A DNA stretch of 32,383 bases from a virus (lineage: Duplodnaviria; Heunggongvirae; Uroviricota; Caudoviricetes), in IMG/VR virus record IMGVR_UViG_2861069343_000002, positions 1 through 32,383 of that record; one strand, given 5' to 3'. Under the pieces are notes generated by a model. That model did not search any database. It had not been told where the DNA came from and saw nothing but the letters and a program-made list of their open reading frames with translations. Numbering within the stretch: position 1 is the stretch's first letter; every line of letters starts with the position of its first letter. Below, one piece after another: positions 8,078 to 18,120 of this stretch. A program made the position numbers and the translations under genes.

Positions 8078-9604
8078 TCAGCTAATCGTGATACCTGCTG
8101 TGGATTTTTTCATCACCACAACCAGCAAATCACTGATACTGGCTGTGGGATACCAGTCATTTACCAGCCACGCTGATACCGAAAACTCCAGCGTCATGTG
8201 ACCGCGACCAGCAGGCATATCAATAACACCTGTATAAACCAGCGTATTATCCAGCGCGGTACGGTTATAAATTTCAGCACCATTTTTCTTCACTATCAGG
8301 CGGCATGACGAATAAATATCGTTATTCTCCCGCTCATGTTTAGCGCCACGAAACGCCACCGCGGGAATAACAATCTGCCGGTCAAACGGCTGATCGTCAT
8401 AAACCCTGACGGTAATGGTCCCTGATGGCCACCGCTCCGGTGCACGGGAGTCCCGGGGGAAAGCTTTGCCCACTGTTTTAACGAGATCGCCTTCAATCTG
8501 GTTCGCAGACAGTTTTCCCAGAACCCGACAGTTTTCATTTATCGTGACATTGTTGAGCGTCCCGGCGTTCGCATTCACACTGCCACTGATATCCGCATTT
8601 TTCGCCGTCAGTCGCCCATCCGGTGTAAGGGAAAATGCAGGAGGATTACCGCCGCTAGTAATGGTGGGAGCCGTCAGATATTTCAGGAACACGTCGTTCA
8701 TGAATATCTGATCACCCTGACCAACAAACATCGGTTTTGTGTTGCCATTTGCAGGATTAATCATCGCAATCCTGTCTGCCGCCAGCAGCACCTGACTCTG
8801 CATGCCGTCGGGGGTGTTCTCAATACCGGCACCGATACCCGCAATATAAAGGCGTCCATCCTGCATCTGCTGCAGCTTCACAGCCCACATGCTGTTCAGA
8901 TTATTATTTGTATCAACCTGAACCTTCTGTATCTGCTGGATCGCTGCACTCTGGTCTTCCAGTTTCTTATTGACGGTCTGTGTGATTTCATTGCTGACAT
9001 CCGTAATGGATGCCTGCTCTTTAAGCTGACGGATAAACGCCACTTTCTGTCGGGTAGCCTCTTCCTCAGCCTGCGTAAGAACACGGGTTTTCGCCGTAAC
9101 CTCAGAAATCAGCGCCAGATAATCCTGCTGACCAATCCCGCCACTGTTTCTGGCCTGTCGGATCTGCTGCTGAATACGCTGTAATTCCTGCAGCCCCGCA
9201 CTGGCCTGTTTCACACTGTCAATCTGACGATAAAACGCAGCAGCTGCTTTATCCTGAGCCTCCGCCAGAGCCATGGCCTGCGCCTGTTCCTCGCGCATTT
9301 TCTGGCTCAGTGCCTCCATACGCTGGCGGGTTTTCTCCACCTCGCGGGCCATGCGTTCATGAGCCTGTGCGTTCTTCTCCACCGTCTGCGCATGGACGGA
9401 TGCGGCTGTTGCAGCCGAAGACGCCGCCTGCGTTGTCTGCCGGGCGGCCTGAGTCTGACGCTCCATAAAACGCTGCATACGGGCAGAAGACCGTTCTGCA
9501 TCGCTGGCTGCACCATTCAGAAGGTTTTTGATACGGGGAATTTCATTTTTAAACTCTGCCGCATCAATCCCCAAATCAATGACCAGGTTGGCTATCTGGT
9601 CCAT
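8078..9604 (-). CDS. Short tail ORF: tape-measure-like N-terminus (lambda H-like) continuing into a host-specificity J-like C-terminal region; probable in-frame deletion remnant
   Basis: N-terminus [19 protein letters not shown] resembles lambda H N-terminus (recalled); coiled-coil Q/A-rich middle. Position directly upstream of lom is where J ends in lambda. No M/L/K/I genes present. ATG at 9604 with SD GGAGGTG. Confidence 0.5.
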   Translation of the reverse strand: MDQIANLVIDLGIDAAEFKNEIPRIKNLLNGAASDAERSSARMQRFMERQTQAARQTTQAASSAATAASVHAQTVEKNAQAHERMAREVEKTRQRMEALSQKMREEQAQAMALAEAQDKAAAAFYRQIDSVKQASAGLQELQRIQQQIRQARNSGGIGQQDYLALISEVTAKTRVLTQAEEEATRQKVAFIRQLKEQASITDVSNEITQTVNKKLEDQSAAIQQIQKVQVDTNNNLNSMWAVKLQQMQDGRLYIAGIGAGIENTPDGMQSQVLLAADRIAMINPANGNTKPMFVGQGDQIFMNDVFLKYLTAPTITSGGNPPAFSLTPDGRLTAKNADISGSVNANAGTLNNVTINENCRVLGKLSANQIEGDLVKTVGKAFPRDSRAPERWPSGTITVRVYDDQPFDRQIVIPAVAFRGAKHERENNDIYSSCRLIVKKNGAEIYNRTALDNTLVYTGVIDMPAGRGHMTLEFSVSAWLVNDWYPTASISDLLVVVMKKSTAGITIS

Positions 9605-9905
9605 AACGCACACCTCCGGAAATACCTTCCCCAAGATGCATCAGTTCTTCGTCCGTTCGCTCCGGTATCCCGTTCTCTTCCGGTAAAAGGCTGAAATCAG
9701 CCACCGCAGCATCACTGCTGCCGGACACCATTCTCACGATCAATGCCTTCAGCGAGGCAAACTGCGCATCCATCCACACATCACTGAAGCTCTGCATCCG
9801 GAAATAATCGCCCCACTCACCAAGCTCAGTGGCCGACATTTCCGACAGCATCCGCCGCCAGTCTGCCCGCCGGAACTCCCGGGCAAGCCGCATGACAAAC
9901 TGCAT
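9576..9905 (-). CDS. Tail assembly chaperone T-frame segment (expressed as G-T fusion by -1 frameshift in lambda-like phages)
   Basis: ORF in -1 frame overlapping the 3' end of the G-like gene, immediately upstream of the tape-measure-like ORF; conserved G/GT arrangement. Confidence 0.5.
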   Translation of the reverse strand: MQFVMRLAREFRRADWRRMLSEMSATELGEWGDYFRMQSFSDVWMDAQFASLKALIVRMVSGSSDAAVADFSLLPEENGIPERTDEELMHLGEGISGGVRYGPDSQPGH

Positions 9906-9913
9906 TTCCCGCG

Positions 9914-10303
9914 TCAGGACTTTTCCGGCGTCAGCACCTCATGCTCCAAATCCCCGGCATTATCAATGGCCCCCATACCGCTCAGCGACAGAACCATCTC
10001 CGCCCCCGCACCCAGGGCATCATACGACCATGTTGTAATAACGGATGCGTAAAGCGTCTCAACATCCTGAGACTGTTCCGCATTCCACAGTGAGCGGGAA
10101 ACCAGCCAGGCATTGATATCCATCCCCATCCGCAGAAAAGCAATCTGTCGTTCAGCCTCCGGCAGTTCTCCCTCCCCGGCATCAAACTTTGCCGTTCGCT
10201 GCTGAACAAACATCAGATATTCAATTCTCTGCAGCCCGGACAGCTCACTGAGCACCACGGACTGTTTTTCATAATTAAACGTGTCCTGTTTCAGAAACAT
10301 CAT
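9914..10303 (-). CDS. G: Tail assembly chaperone G
   Basis: Position after major tail gene V; MMFLKQDTF...VVLSELSGLQRIEYL resembles lambda G (recalled); SD GGTGGAG before ATG at 10303. Confidence 0.6.
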   Translation of the reverse strand: MMFLKQDTFNYEKQSVVLSELSGLQRIEYLMFVQQRTAKFDAGEGELPEAERQIAFLRMGMDINAWLVSRSLWNAEQSQDVETLYASVITTWSYDALGAGAEMVLSLSGMGAIDNAGDLEHEVLTPEKS

Positions 10304-10360
10304 GTTCTCCACCTGCAAAAAAGCCCCGAATAACCGGGGCAAATGATGAGTATCGTCCTG

Positions 10361-11104
10361 TTAACCTGCTGCGCTGACAGTCACCGCAGCCACAGCCACA
10401 AAATTCCCGTCAGCGGTCATGCCCACAATGCTGACACTGCCCTGCTTCACGCCTTTTACCGTGGCCACAAGTCCGTTCAGGGTAACCGTGGCAGTCTGTG
10501 GATCTGACGAATGCACACTGATCGCTTTGTCACTGGCTCCGTCAGGTTTTACTGTAAAGGTCAGCGTGGTGGTTGCTCCCACTTTTACACTGGCAGATGC
10601 CGGTGATACTGTCAGCCCGGTAACGCTCACGGTTTCAGTGCCTTCCTCTGCCAGATACGGACGCCCCACACCGCTGATTTTCACGGTGCGGGTCATCACG
10701 TCTTTTGAGGCAATGGTTTTACCCAGTGAACTCAGCCAGCCACGGAAAACATCAACAGTACCGTTGGAATATTTGATACGAAACGCGCAGACTTCACCGG
10801 AGTCGAACAACTGAACCAGTTTTTTCTGCCCGCTGTCCCCCGGACGCCAGGCCAGCGTCGCCGAAGTATCACCGACTGATTTCTGCCCCTGGGTTGTCGT
10901 TTTCCAGTCTGCATCTTCATCATCGAGATAAGTGTCATCTTCTGCATCAGCGGTCATTTCGCCAGGTTGCAGATCCTTCACCATCGCAAGACGCAGCCAG
11001 TCAGTGTCCGATAAAGGGTTCGCAAACGCATCGCCCTTGCCGGTATACATCCAGAACGTCGTTCCCGCACCTTTCGTTTTTGCCAGTGGATTTGGTGTGG
11101 TCAT
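10361..11104 (-). CDS. V: Major tail protein V with C-terminal Ig-like domain
   Basis: MTTPNPLAKTKGAGTTFWMYTGKGDAFANPLSD...YLDDEDADW...NGTVDVFRGW closely resembles lambda gpV (recalled); strong SD AAGGAGG before ATG at 11104. Confidence 0.85.
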   Translation of the reverse strand: MTTPNPLAKTKGAGTTFWMYTGKGDAFANPLSDTDWLRLAMVKDLQPGEMTADAEDDTYLDDEDADWKTTTQGQKSVGDTSATLAWRPGDSGQKKLVQLFDSGEVCAFRIKYSNGTVDVFRGWLSSLGKTIASKDVMTRTVKISGVGRPYLAEEGTETVSVTGLTVSPASASVKVGATTTLTFTVKPDGASDKAISVHSSDPQTATVTLNGLVATVKGVKQGSVSIVGMTADGNFVAVAAVTVSAAG

Positions 11105-11114
11105 TACCACCTCC

Positions 11115-11516
11115 TTAATTCGTGTACGTGATCTGGTACGTGATTTCCGCCATCGCCCAGGTGGCCATCTCATTATCACGTTGATAGTTAAAACCGAGTG
11201 GGATCAGGGTGTCGATGAGTCCGGAAAGTGCCGGTACATCATTCAGTGCCGGGAAAATGGTGCTCTCCATCCACATATCCAGCTCTGAATCCGGTGCCTG
11301 TGCCCGGATGAAGACAGCAATATGCAGAACAGCCTGCCAGTCATCTTCATCCGTCATTTTTCCGGTGTACTGAGCATCACTCAGCCACACCGCCACGGCA
11401 GGCAGTTCCTGCGCATCAACAAATGCCGGAAGTCCGTCAAAAAACGTGGCGCTGTCTCCACACTGTTCCCGAAGGCGTGCCAGTACGACCTGGCGGATTT
11501 GTGTATGTCGGTTCAT
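11115..11516 (-). CDS. U: Tail terminator protein U
   Basis: ATFFDG...AVAVWL...DSELDMWMES motifs resemble lambda gpU (recalled); ATGA overlap with upstream Z-like gene. Confidence 0.8.
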   Translation of the reverse strand: MNRHTQIRQVVLARLREQCGDSATFFDGLPAFVDAQELPAVAVWLSDAQYTGKMTDEDDWQAVLHIAVFIRAQAPDSELDMWMESTIFPALNDVPALSGLIDTLIPLGFNYQRDNEMATWAMAEITYQITYTN

Positions 11517-12091
11517 CGGGTCAGCCATAATCTCAGTTGTTGTTTCAGTGCATACCCCAGCTGTTTCGGCATTTCCGCGGCAATGATGCGGTCGCGGGCA
11601 TCTTCAAATGCCTGTGTCAGCGGTCCGGACAGCGGGATTTTCACCACATCAATGGGGTAACGATTTTTGCCATCAATACGCCGCATCACATGCCAGCGAC
11701 CATTCGCCAGTTGCTGAATAAACGCATCCCGGAAAAGATATTTACCCACCTTCAGCACGCTGCCACGGTACTGCAGTTTTCCACCACGCCGGGTCAGTCT
11801 GACCCGGGCGGTCCCCAGCTTAATGGCAGGCAGATTGCCCCGGTTAACGCGGATCCTGGCCGTCATTTTTCCTGACGGACTGGCTTTAAACACCCGGACA
11901 CGCTGACGTACCAGTTTCAGGGGTATCCCTTTCACCTGGTTATCTCCCGCAACGGTATTCCCGGCAACCTGCCGGGTGGCAACCGAGACCGCTTTCTGTG
12001 CCACACGGTTTATCGCCCATGCGCTGGCCTGTGGCACCATACGGGTATCAAGGCTGTTCAGATTGCGGATGGCATTCTCAAGCCCCTTCAT
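11513..12091 (-). CDS. Z: Minor tail / tail completion protein Z-like
   Basis: 192 aa, position between head-tail genes and U; SD AAGAGGTG before ATG. Confidence 0.65.
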   Translation of the reverse strand: MKGLENAIRNLNSLDTRMVPQASAWAINRVAQKAVSVATRQVAGNTVAGDNQVKGIPLKLVRQRVRVFKASPSGKMTARIRVNRGNLPAIKLGTARVRLTRRGGKLQYRGSVLKVGKYLFRDAFIQQLANGRWHVMRRIDGKNRYPIDVVKIPLSGPLTQAFEDARDRIIAAEMPKQLGYALKQQLRLWLTR

Positions 12092-12102
12092 CCCACACCT
12101 CT

Positions 12103-12378
12103 TTACTCAATAAAGATCATTGGCTTACCGTTAAAACGTTCATGCCGTGTGACCGTCCATTGTTGTCCGTCATAAACAACGCGATCCCCGCGCCGTGGGC
12201 GGTATCCCGAAGAAAACACCACCAGAGAGACCGCAGGTCCGGACAGAGCATTCAGCTCTGCCAGTGTTTCGCCCGGGATCACAGCCATATCGACATCATT
12301 AATCGAGGCTGTCTTTCCCATCTTTCTGACCGTGATCGCATCCATACGCGCTGCCAGCCGGGAAAAGGGATCAGACAT
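12103..12378 (-). CDS. Head-tail joining / head completion protein (FII-like), hypothetical
   Basis: 91 aa ORF in head-to-tail junction position; assignment by position only. Confidence 0.4.
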   Translation of the reverse strand: MSDPFSRLAARMDAITVRKMGKTASINDVDMAVIPGETLAELNALSGPAVSLVVFSSGYRPRRGDRVVYDGQQWTVTRHERFNGKPMIFIE

Positions 12379-12694
12379 TGAGTTTTACCGGCACTTCTTC
12401 TGCACTGGTTCCGGCATCTGCCCAGACAACCCCGACCAGCGGATCAGAGCCGCTGTTAGTCAGCTGAACTTTTCCGGACTTCAGATAAACCTTCTTACCC
12501 GTTTTCATGTCATCCGTTTTCAGTTTAGGCAGGATAAACACACCTTCGGTCATGCCGTCGCCTGTTTCACCCTGTGGAATATCGGTCAGCGCCACCGCAA
12601 AAACATCACCCACCTGCACCAGATCTCCGCTGCTGATGGCTGCACTGGCAACAATCGCCACCGTTTTTCCTTCTTCTACAAAATTCTTTGCCAT
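12371..12694 (-). CDS. DUF2190-like small head protein (possible decoration/cement protein)
   Basis: 107 aa from ATG at 12694 with SD GGAGACAG; Gly/Val-rich beta-rich composition; immediately downstream of the capsid gene. Confidence 0.45.
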   Translation of the reverse strand: MAKNFVEEGKTVAIVASAAISSGDLVQVGDVFAVALTDIPQGETGDGMTEGVFILPKLKTDDMKTGKKVYLKSGKVQLTNSGSDPLVGVVWADAGTSAEEVPVKLNV

Positions 12695-12737
12695 AACTGT
12701 CTCCGCACAGCCCCGTTCAGGGGCTGATTTCAGGTAC

Positions 12738-12756
12738 AAAAAAAGCCCTTACGGGC
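12738..12756 (-). terminator. Weak intrinsic terminator/attenuator just downstream of the capsid gene
   Basis: Minus-strand GCCCGTAAGGGC hairpin followed by TTTTTTT, 25 nt after the capsid stop. Confidence 0.35.
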
Positions 12757-12780
12757 CATCAGAGTTGTTGTCTGCGACGT

Positions 12781-14739
12781 TTACGCCGTACATTTCACCA
12801 GACCGCGGTGATCAACTGGCGCGACACCGGCGTCAATACGCACTTTCGTTGTCACGCCATCCACACTGAAGCCCTCCATCTGATCAATATATGGCGTATC
12901 CACACCGTTGAGATAAGCCACTTCAATCGTATCGGAGCCTTTTGACGCAGCCAGGTAGAAGGTGGTCTGGCTGTTATCATCAAGACGAGGCTCTGCAATA
13001 ACGGTCGCAAAATCTTTCACCGGGTTAATAATACCGGCGTTAATGTCAGCCCCCTTGACACTTGAGGAGCGAATGACCTGGTTAGCAACAGACTCCATCG
13101 CCGTCGGTACCAGTACGAACGCAGGACGAATATTCAGATGACGCTCCCCCTCTTTCTGAACGCGCATCAACTGGCGGGCTTTATCCAGCGATGCCACGTC
13201 CATTGCAGCGCTCTCCAGTACGTTTGCATGTTTCGCTTTATCGAACAGACTTACATTATCTGTGGAGATTTTCGGGTTAGACGTCAGAATGGCATAAACC
13301 AGATCGGCAATAGTGGATTTCGCCGCACGGCCCAGTTTCATCGGGACATCGGTCAGCATATTCAGATCATCATTGATAATGGCCTGACGGGTGATACTGA
13401 ACAGCTCGCCATAGGTCGCCAGTGCAATAGTGGCCTGTTTATCTCCGGTGGTGACGTATTTATATTCCGCCCCTTCACGCACCTGACGCAGAGCACTGAA
13501 GCCCCCCATACCCACACGATGGGCAATTTTAAAATCAGACAACTGACCTTTCCGCGTCCACTGTTCATAGGTTTCAGGGGCATCTTCCCAGCCCTGCAGA
13601 ATGGCTTTGTTCGCAACATCCAGCAGAATATTACCGAAGTCAGACGTACTGTGTGTGAACGCCGCACCGACCATCTGCATCGGGTTATAACCGGAAACCC
13701 CAATACCCCGTTCAGTCAGTGACATACGGGCATATTCACGCAGGGTCATCCCGTTGTAGACATTATCACGTTCGGTTTTTTCAAATCCGGCACGCGCCAT
13801 CAGCGCCTGGCGAATCCCGTCCCCCACAAAATTACCGTTACCGGCATAAATATGAGCCGGGGTATTTTTATTGGATGGCGTGGACTCGCGCCCCATCTCG
13901 TTCAACAGCTTTTCACGGGCCTGCTCCAGCGAACATTCAGGATCGGCAAGACACTGAGCCTGCAGCGTCTGATAACGCCCGCCAAACATGGCAAACAGAT
14001 CATTAATACCGTTTACACGCGCTTTTTGCTCTGCCAGTACCTGTGCACGGATGCTGTTTTCATCCACCACGGGTGCTGCTGCCTGCACTGGCGTCCGGGA
14101 GGCTTCAGATTCATTATCCTGTACGCGTGGAGCACTGTTGCGTGGCGGAGTAATCATGTTTCGAATGGATTCCGGCATCTTTTTAAATTCCTCTGTACGT
14201 TTTGACTGAATACATGCCATTGCCTTAACGGCTGGCGTTACCTGATCAGCAAATCCATGTGCCAGACATTCGGCACCGGACATCCAGGTCTCATCCGCCA
14301 GCATGGCAGCAATTTCATCGGTGGTTTTCCCGGTTTTCTGTGCATAAGCGGGTAACAGAACCGCCTCAACTTTATCGAGCAGGTCGGCATAGGTGCGCAT
14401 GTCCTCCGCATCACCGCCCGTAAAGCCAAATGGTTTATGAATCATCATGAAGGTGTTTTCCGGCATAATGACCGGGTTTCCCACCATCGCAATGACCGAC
14501 GCCATTGACGCCGCCACACCGTCGACATAAACGGTAATGGACGCACCATGTGTTTTCAGCGCATTAAAAATGGCGATGCCTTCAAAGACATCGCCACCCG
14601 GTGAATTAATATGGAGATTAATGTGGGTGATATCGCCCAGTGCATTCAGATCACTGATAAACTGCTTCGCTGTAACACCCCAGAAACCAATCTCGTCATA
14701 AATATAAATATCCGCGTCACTCTGGTGACCAGCCTGCAT
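12781..14739 (-). CDS. Prohead protease (ClpP/S49-like) fused to HK97-fold major capsid protein
   Basis: N-terminal DADIYIYDEIGFWGV...INSPGGDVFEG...ASMASVIA serine protease motifs, long C-terminal capsid-like region; first ATG after portal stop chosen (14739); longest ORF extends to 15000. Confidence 0.75.
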   Translation of the reverse strand: MQAGHQSDADIYIYDEIGFWGVTAKQFISDLNALGDITHINLHINSPGGDVFEGIAIFNALKTHGASITVYVDGVAASMASVIAMVGNPVIMPENTFMMIHKPFGFTGGDAEDMRTYADLLDKVEAVLLPAYAQKTGKTTDEIAAMLADETWMSGAECLAHGFADQVTPAVKAMACIQSKRTEEFKKMPESIRNMITPPRNSAPRVQDNESEASRTPVQAAAPVVDENSIRAQVLAEQKARVNGINDLFAMFGGRYQTLQAQCLADPECSLEQAREKLLNEMGRESTPSNKNTPAHIYAGNGNFVGDGIRQALMARAGFEKTERDNVYNGMTLREYARMSLTERGIGVSGYNPMQMVGAAFTHSTSDFGNILLDVANKAILQGWEDAPETYEQWTRKGQLSDFKIAHRVGMGGFSALRQVREGAEYKYVTTGDKQATIALATYGELFSITRQAIINDDLNMLTDVPMKLGRAAKSTIADLVYAILTSNPKISTDNVSLFDKAKHANVLESAAMDVASLDKARQLMRVQKEGERHLNIRPAFVLVPTAMESVANQVIRSSSVKGADINAGIINPVKDFATVIAEPRLDDNSQTTFYLAASKGSDTIEVAYLNGVDTPYIDQMEGFSVDGVTTKVRIDAGVAPVDHRGLVKCTA

Positions 14740-14752
14740 CCTGAACCAGGAA

Positions 14753-16261
14753 TTATTCTTCGGACTGGTCGTCGGTGTGCTGCGGCTCCTGTCGTTTCGT
14801 TGCGGCACTACTGCCTCCTTTATCACTGGCCGGATCGGTATCAAATACCAGATCCAGCTTGCGGTTTTCATCAATTTCGGCCTTGCGCCGACGTTTGACA
14901 TCATCCGGATTACGACCACCAGCACGTACCCAGTCTGATTCTGTCGCCGCTCCACCACGAATCTGGATTTTCCAGGCCTCAGCCTCCTTAACAGGGTCAA
15001 TCCACGGCATCACCGGTCCGGAATACACCGCGGTATACAGTGAAGAACGGTCAAGATCGCGGGGTAGCCTGATAACACCGGATGCCACAGCCTGTTTCAG
15101 CCAGGCACGATACATCGGACGGGTGACGGCACCAATAAACCAGTCCTGCAGGATCAGGTAGCCATCAGTGGATTCAACCAGCTCCTGACGCTGGGCGCTG
15201 TAAGTGCCGTTATAGTTGCGCGCTGTACTGGAAAAACTCAGACGACTGCCCGCCGCCACGGCACGCAACTGACCATTACGAAAAGTTTCAAGGTTAGGAT
15301 TGGGGCGATCCGACTTCACCATTCCGATTTCTTCGCCGGGTTTCAGATCATCGTAAATAATGCCTGGCTGAATGGTAAGCTCGCGTTCCTTATCCTTGCT
15401 GCCATTACCATCCGCTTCATAGCTCTGCCCGTCGCCTTTCCGGATGTACATCCCCAGAGCAGCGGCGATCCTTGCTGCAGTCAGCTCAGAATCTTCATAC
15501 TCTTTCAGAGCACTGAGGCGGATCAGCACACCGGACAATAAAGACGTCCCGCGCATCTGGTGCAGACGGCGAACAAATTTAAGATGCAGCATTCGCTCTG
15601 CATCCACTTCTTTGGTTTCCATCTGCCGTCCGGATACGGGACGGCTTTTATACACCAGATATTTTTCGGGACGCCCCCAGTCATCAACAAACACGCCCTG
15701 ATTCAGCCTGTTGCTCTCATCACTGGTCATGGGAATAAAGTCCGGCTCGAGCGCCTCCAGCCAGAAATGAACACCGGCAGAAGGCGTCAGGCTGTTTATG
15801 CGCCCGGAAACCATCTGGGCAAACACCTCACCATCGCGCAGCCAGGTACGAAGCATCAGACGTTCCAGCATCGGACGGGTAAACTGCCCGGTGACTTCCG
15901 GGCTGACAGACCATTCACTCCATCGGGTGCGAATCTCCGCAGCCAGGTCACGGGCAATGGCCCCATTGCGTAATACCGGATGTGGCTCGACAATAATCCC
16001 GTTTTTCCCCACCACCCGTTCTTCCAGCTTGTCAAATACACCAATAACCAGATCGTGGTTGTTATCAAGGTAACGGGCCTGCTCACGTAACGACACGGCC
16101 CCGTACTGGCTTAACTGGTCGGCAGTTCGGTTCTCCCGTCGGGCTTTGTGTGTCCGCGTCGTTTTTACGGCCTCATAAGCCTGGATCACCGCACGGGAAC
16201 GCAGCCTTGCCGCTTTCCATCCTGGTGAAAAAACGCCAATCACATCATCAAGAATTGCCAT
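14753..16261 (-). CDS. Portal protein (lambda-family portal-like)
   Basis: About 500 aa ORF immediately upstream of the protease-capsid gene; no Walker A motif (argues against terminase); acidic C-terminus. Start uncertain: ATG 16261 (SD GAGG), ATG 16291 (ATGA overlap with endolysin stop) or GTG 16303. Confidence 0.65.
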   Translation of the reverse strand: MAILDDVIGVFSPGWKAARLRSRAVIQAYEAVKTTRTHKARRENRTADQLSQYGAVSLREQARYLDNNHDLVIGVFDKLEERVVGKNGIIVEPHPVLRNGAIARDLAAEIRTRWSEWSVSPEVTGQFTRPMLERLMLRTWLRDGEVFAQMVSGRINSLTPSAGVHFWLEALEPDFIPMTSDESNRLNQGVFVDDWGRPEKYLVYKSRPVSGRQMETKEVDAERMLHLKFVRRLHQMRGTSLLSGVLIRLSALKEYEDSELTAARIAAALGMYIRKGDGQSYEADGNGSKDKERELTIQPGIIYDDLKPGEEIGMVKSDRPNPNLETFRNGQLRAVAAGSRLSFSSTARNYNGTYSAQRQELVESTDGYLILQDWFIGAVTRPMYRAWLKQAVASGVIRLPRDLDRSSLYTAVYSGPVMPWIDPVKEAEAWKIQIRGGAATESDWVRAGGRNPDDVKRRRKAEIDENRKLDLVFDTDPASDKGGSSAATKRQEPQHTDDQSEE

Positions 16262-16287
16262 CAGAACCTCGCCAGCCGGTACTCTGC

Positions 16288-16785
16288 TCATTGTTGCCCC
16301 CACAAACAGACTTCACGCTCAATCTCACGACGAGTCATCAGGCCTTTCCATTGCTTACCGCCAGCGTATATCCAGCGACGTAGCTGGTCACATGCGCCTT
16401 TGATATCGCCCTGGTTTATTTTGCGAAGAAGCGTCGATGTTCTGAAATTACCAGCACCCACGTTGTAGACGAACGAGTAAAGAGCGCCGCGCGTTGTTTC
16501 CGGTATATCGACTTTGATGTACGGGTTAATTTGTCTGGCAACCGTGGCAAGGTCTTTATTCAGGAGGGCTTTGCATTCTGCTTCGGTATACGTTTTACCG
16601 AGCATGATGTCTTTTCCGGTGTGTCCGTGACATACAGTCCATACGCCAACGATATCTTTGTATGGTATGTAGCTGACACCTTCCAGGCCATCGTCACCAC
16701 TTGGGCCAGTGATTAACACTGATGCTATAGCAATTGCTCCGCCACCAATAGCAGCAGCAACTGCTTTTCGTAATGATGGAGGCAT
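16288..16785 (-). CDS. SAR endolysin (GH24 lysozyme with N-terminal signal-anchor-release domain)
   Basis: N-terminal Gly/Ala-rich weakly hydrophobic segment [20 protein letters not shown] followed by lysozyme-like domain; start overlaps pinholin stop by 1 nt. Confidence 0.8.
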   Translation of the reverse strand: MPPSLRKAVAAAIGGGAIAIASVLITGPSGDDGLEGVSYIPYKDIVGVWTVCHGHTGKDIMLGKTYTEAECKALLNKDLATVARQINPYIKVDIPETTRGALYSFVYNVGAGNFRTSTLLRKINQGDIKGACDQLRRWIYAGGKQWKGLMTRREIEREVCLWGQQ

Positions 16786-17000
16786 TATTCACCTCTCGCA
16801 GCCTTGCGCTTATCTTCTTTAATCTTGAAATAAAGGTTTGTCAGGTACGTCAGCAGGCCAAATACCAGACTACCCAGCACACCTATTGCCGCCCACTGTG
16901 AGGGCGTGACTTTATCGAGCAACTGTAAAAACCAGTACCCGGCACTACCTGCTGAGGTGCCATAGGCGACACCCGTTGTTAACTTATCCATGGATTTCAT
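16785..17000 (-). CDS. Pinholin, phage 21 S-like with dual start motif (MKSMDK)
   Basis: [29 protein letters not shown]...[36 protein letters not shown] closely resembles phage 21 S21 (recalled); two in-frame ATGs separated by two codons; SD GAGGTG. Confidence 0.85.
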
Positions 17001-17036
17001 AACCCCACCTCGCAGATGCGGGTGCTGTGTAATGGA

Positions 17037-17061
17037 AATAAAAAGGCCACCTGACGTGGCC
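17037..17061 (-). terminator. Intrinsic terminator between the N6-MTase gene and the lysis cassette
   Basis: Minus-strand GGCCAC-GTCAG-GTGGCC hairpin followed by TTTTTATTT. Confidence 0.45.
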
Positions 17062-17067
17062 ACCAGA

Positions 17068-18120
17068 TTATTTCCCCACCAGCTCGTTTATCTCTTTCAC
17101 TGTCTGGTTAAACCGCTCTGACTCAAGCTCAACACCTAAGGCCCGACGCCCCAGCGCCATTGCTGCTTTTATTGTGGAACCGGATCCCATAAAAAAATCA
17201 GCAACCAGATCACCTGGTCGACTACTGGCATTGATTATTTGCCTGAGCATATCCGCCGGTTTCTCACACGGATGTTTCCCCGGGTAGAACTGAACGGGTT
17301 TATGCATCCAGACATCGGTATAAGGCACGGAGACTGATACGGAGAAATAGCGCCGGAGAGATTTAAACTCATCCAGCAATTCAGAATATTTGCGATTCAG
17401 TGAATCATAAGATGCCACCAGCTGGTGGTGTGGTTGTTCCAGTTGTTGTTCCTGAAACTTCTCTGCCGCTATACGGGAAAACAGTGCCTGTAACTTCCGA
17501 TAGTCAGCCTCATTCGGCAACTGCCACTGACTGGCACCAAACCAGTGGGAAACCATATTTTTCTTACCTGTGGCTTCGGCAATTTGTTTTGCCGTTACAC
17601 CCAGTTCGGCACGAGCATCCCTGAAATACGATATCAGCGGTGCCATTATGTGCTGTTTGAGTTCCCTTTCTTTTGCCGCATAGCCGTCACTTTTGCCGCG
17701 ATATGGTCCCTGGTAATGTTCAGCAAACAGAACGCGCTCTGTGGCAGGAAAATATGCGCGCAGACTTTCTTTATTACACCCATTCCAACGTCCGGACGGC
17801 TTCGCCCAGATGATATGGTTAAGCACGTTGAAACGTTCACGCATCATGATCTCAATATCAGATGCCAGGCGATGCCCACAGAACAGGTAAAGGCTTCCGG
17901 CAGGTTTCAACACCCGCCAGAACTGGGCCAGACAGTGGTCCAGCCACTTAAGGTAATCTTCGTCCCCTTTCCACTGATTGTCCCAACCGTTGGGTTTCAC
18001 CTTGAAGTAAGGCGGATCGGTAACAATCAGGTCAATGGAATCATCAGGCAGGGACTGAATAAAATGCAGGCAATCAGCGTTGATTAAATCAACACTGTTT
18101 ATTTTTACAGTATTTTTCAT
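17068..18120 (-). CDS. DNA N6-adenine (or N4-cytosine) methyltransferase, beta-class, orphan phage MTase
   Basis: Motif IV DPPY near N-terminus (LIVTDPPYF) and AdoMet motif I FMGSGST near C-terminus; 350 aa. Confidence 0.8.

Noticed and set aside
13138-14209. Plus-strand ORFs antisense to the protease-capsid gene (13138..13722, 13719..14006, 13852..14205)
   Set aside because: Fully embedded antisense to a well-supported structural gene, with no start context and no protein-like features.
14753-16303. Possibility that the 516-aa ORF is a large terminase rather than portal
   Set aside because: No Walker A P-loop near the N-terminus and no nuclease motifs; position immediately upstream of the protease-capsid gene fits portal.
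17545-18087. 180-aa plus-strand ORF antisense to the N6-adenine MTase gene
   Set aside because: Antisense to a gene with clear MTase motifs; no RBS; composition consistent with a chance ORF.
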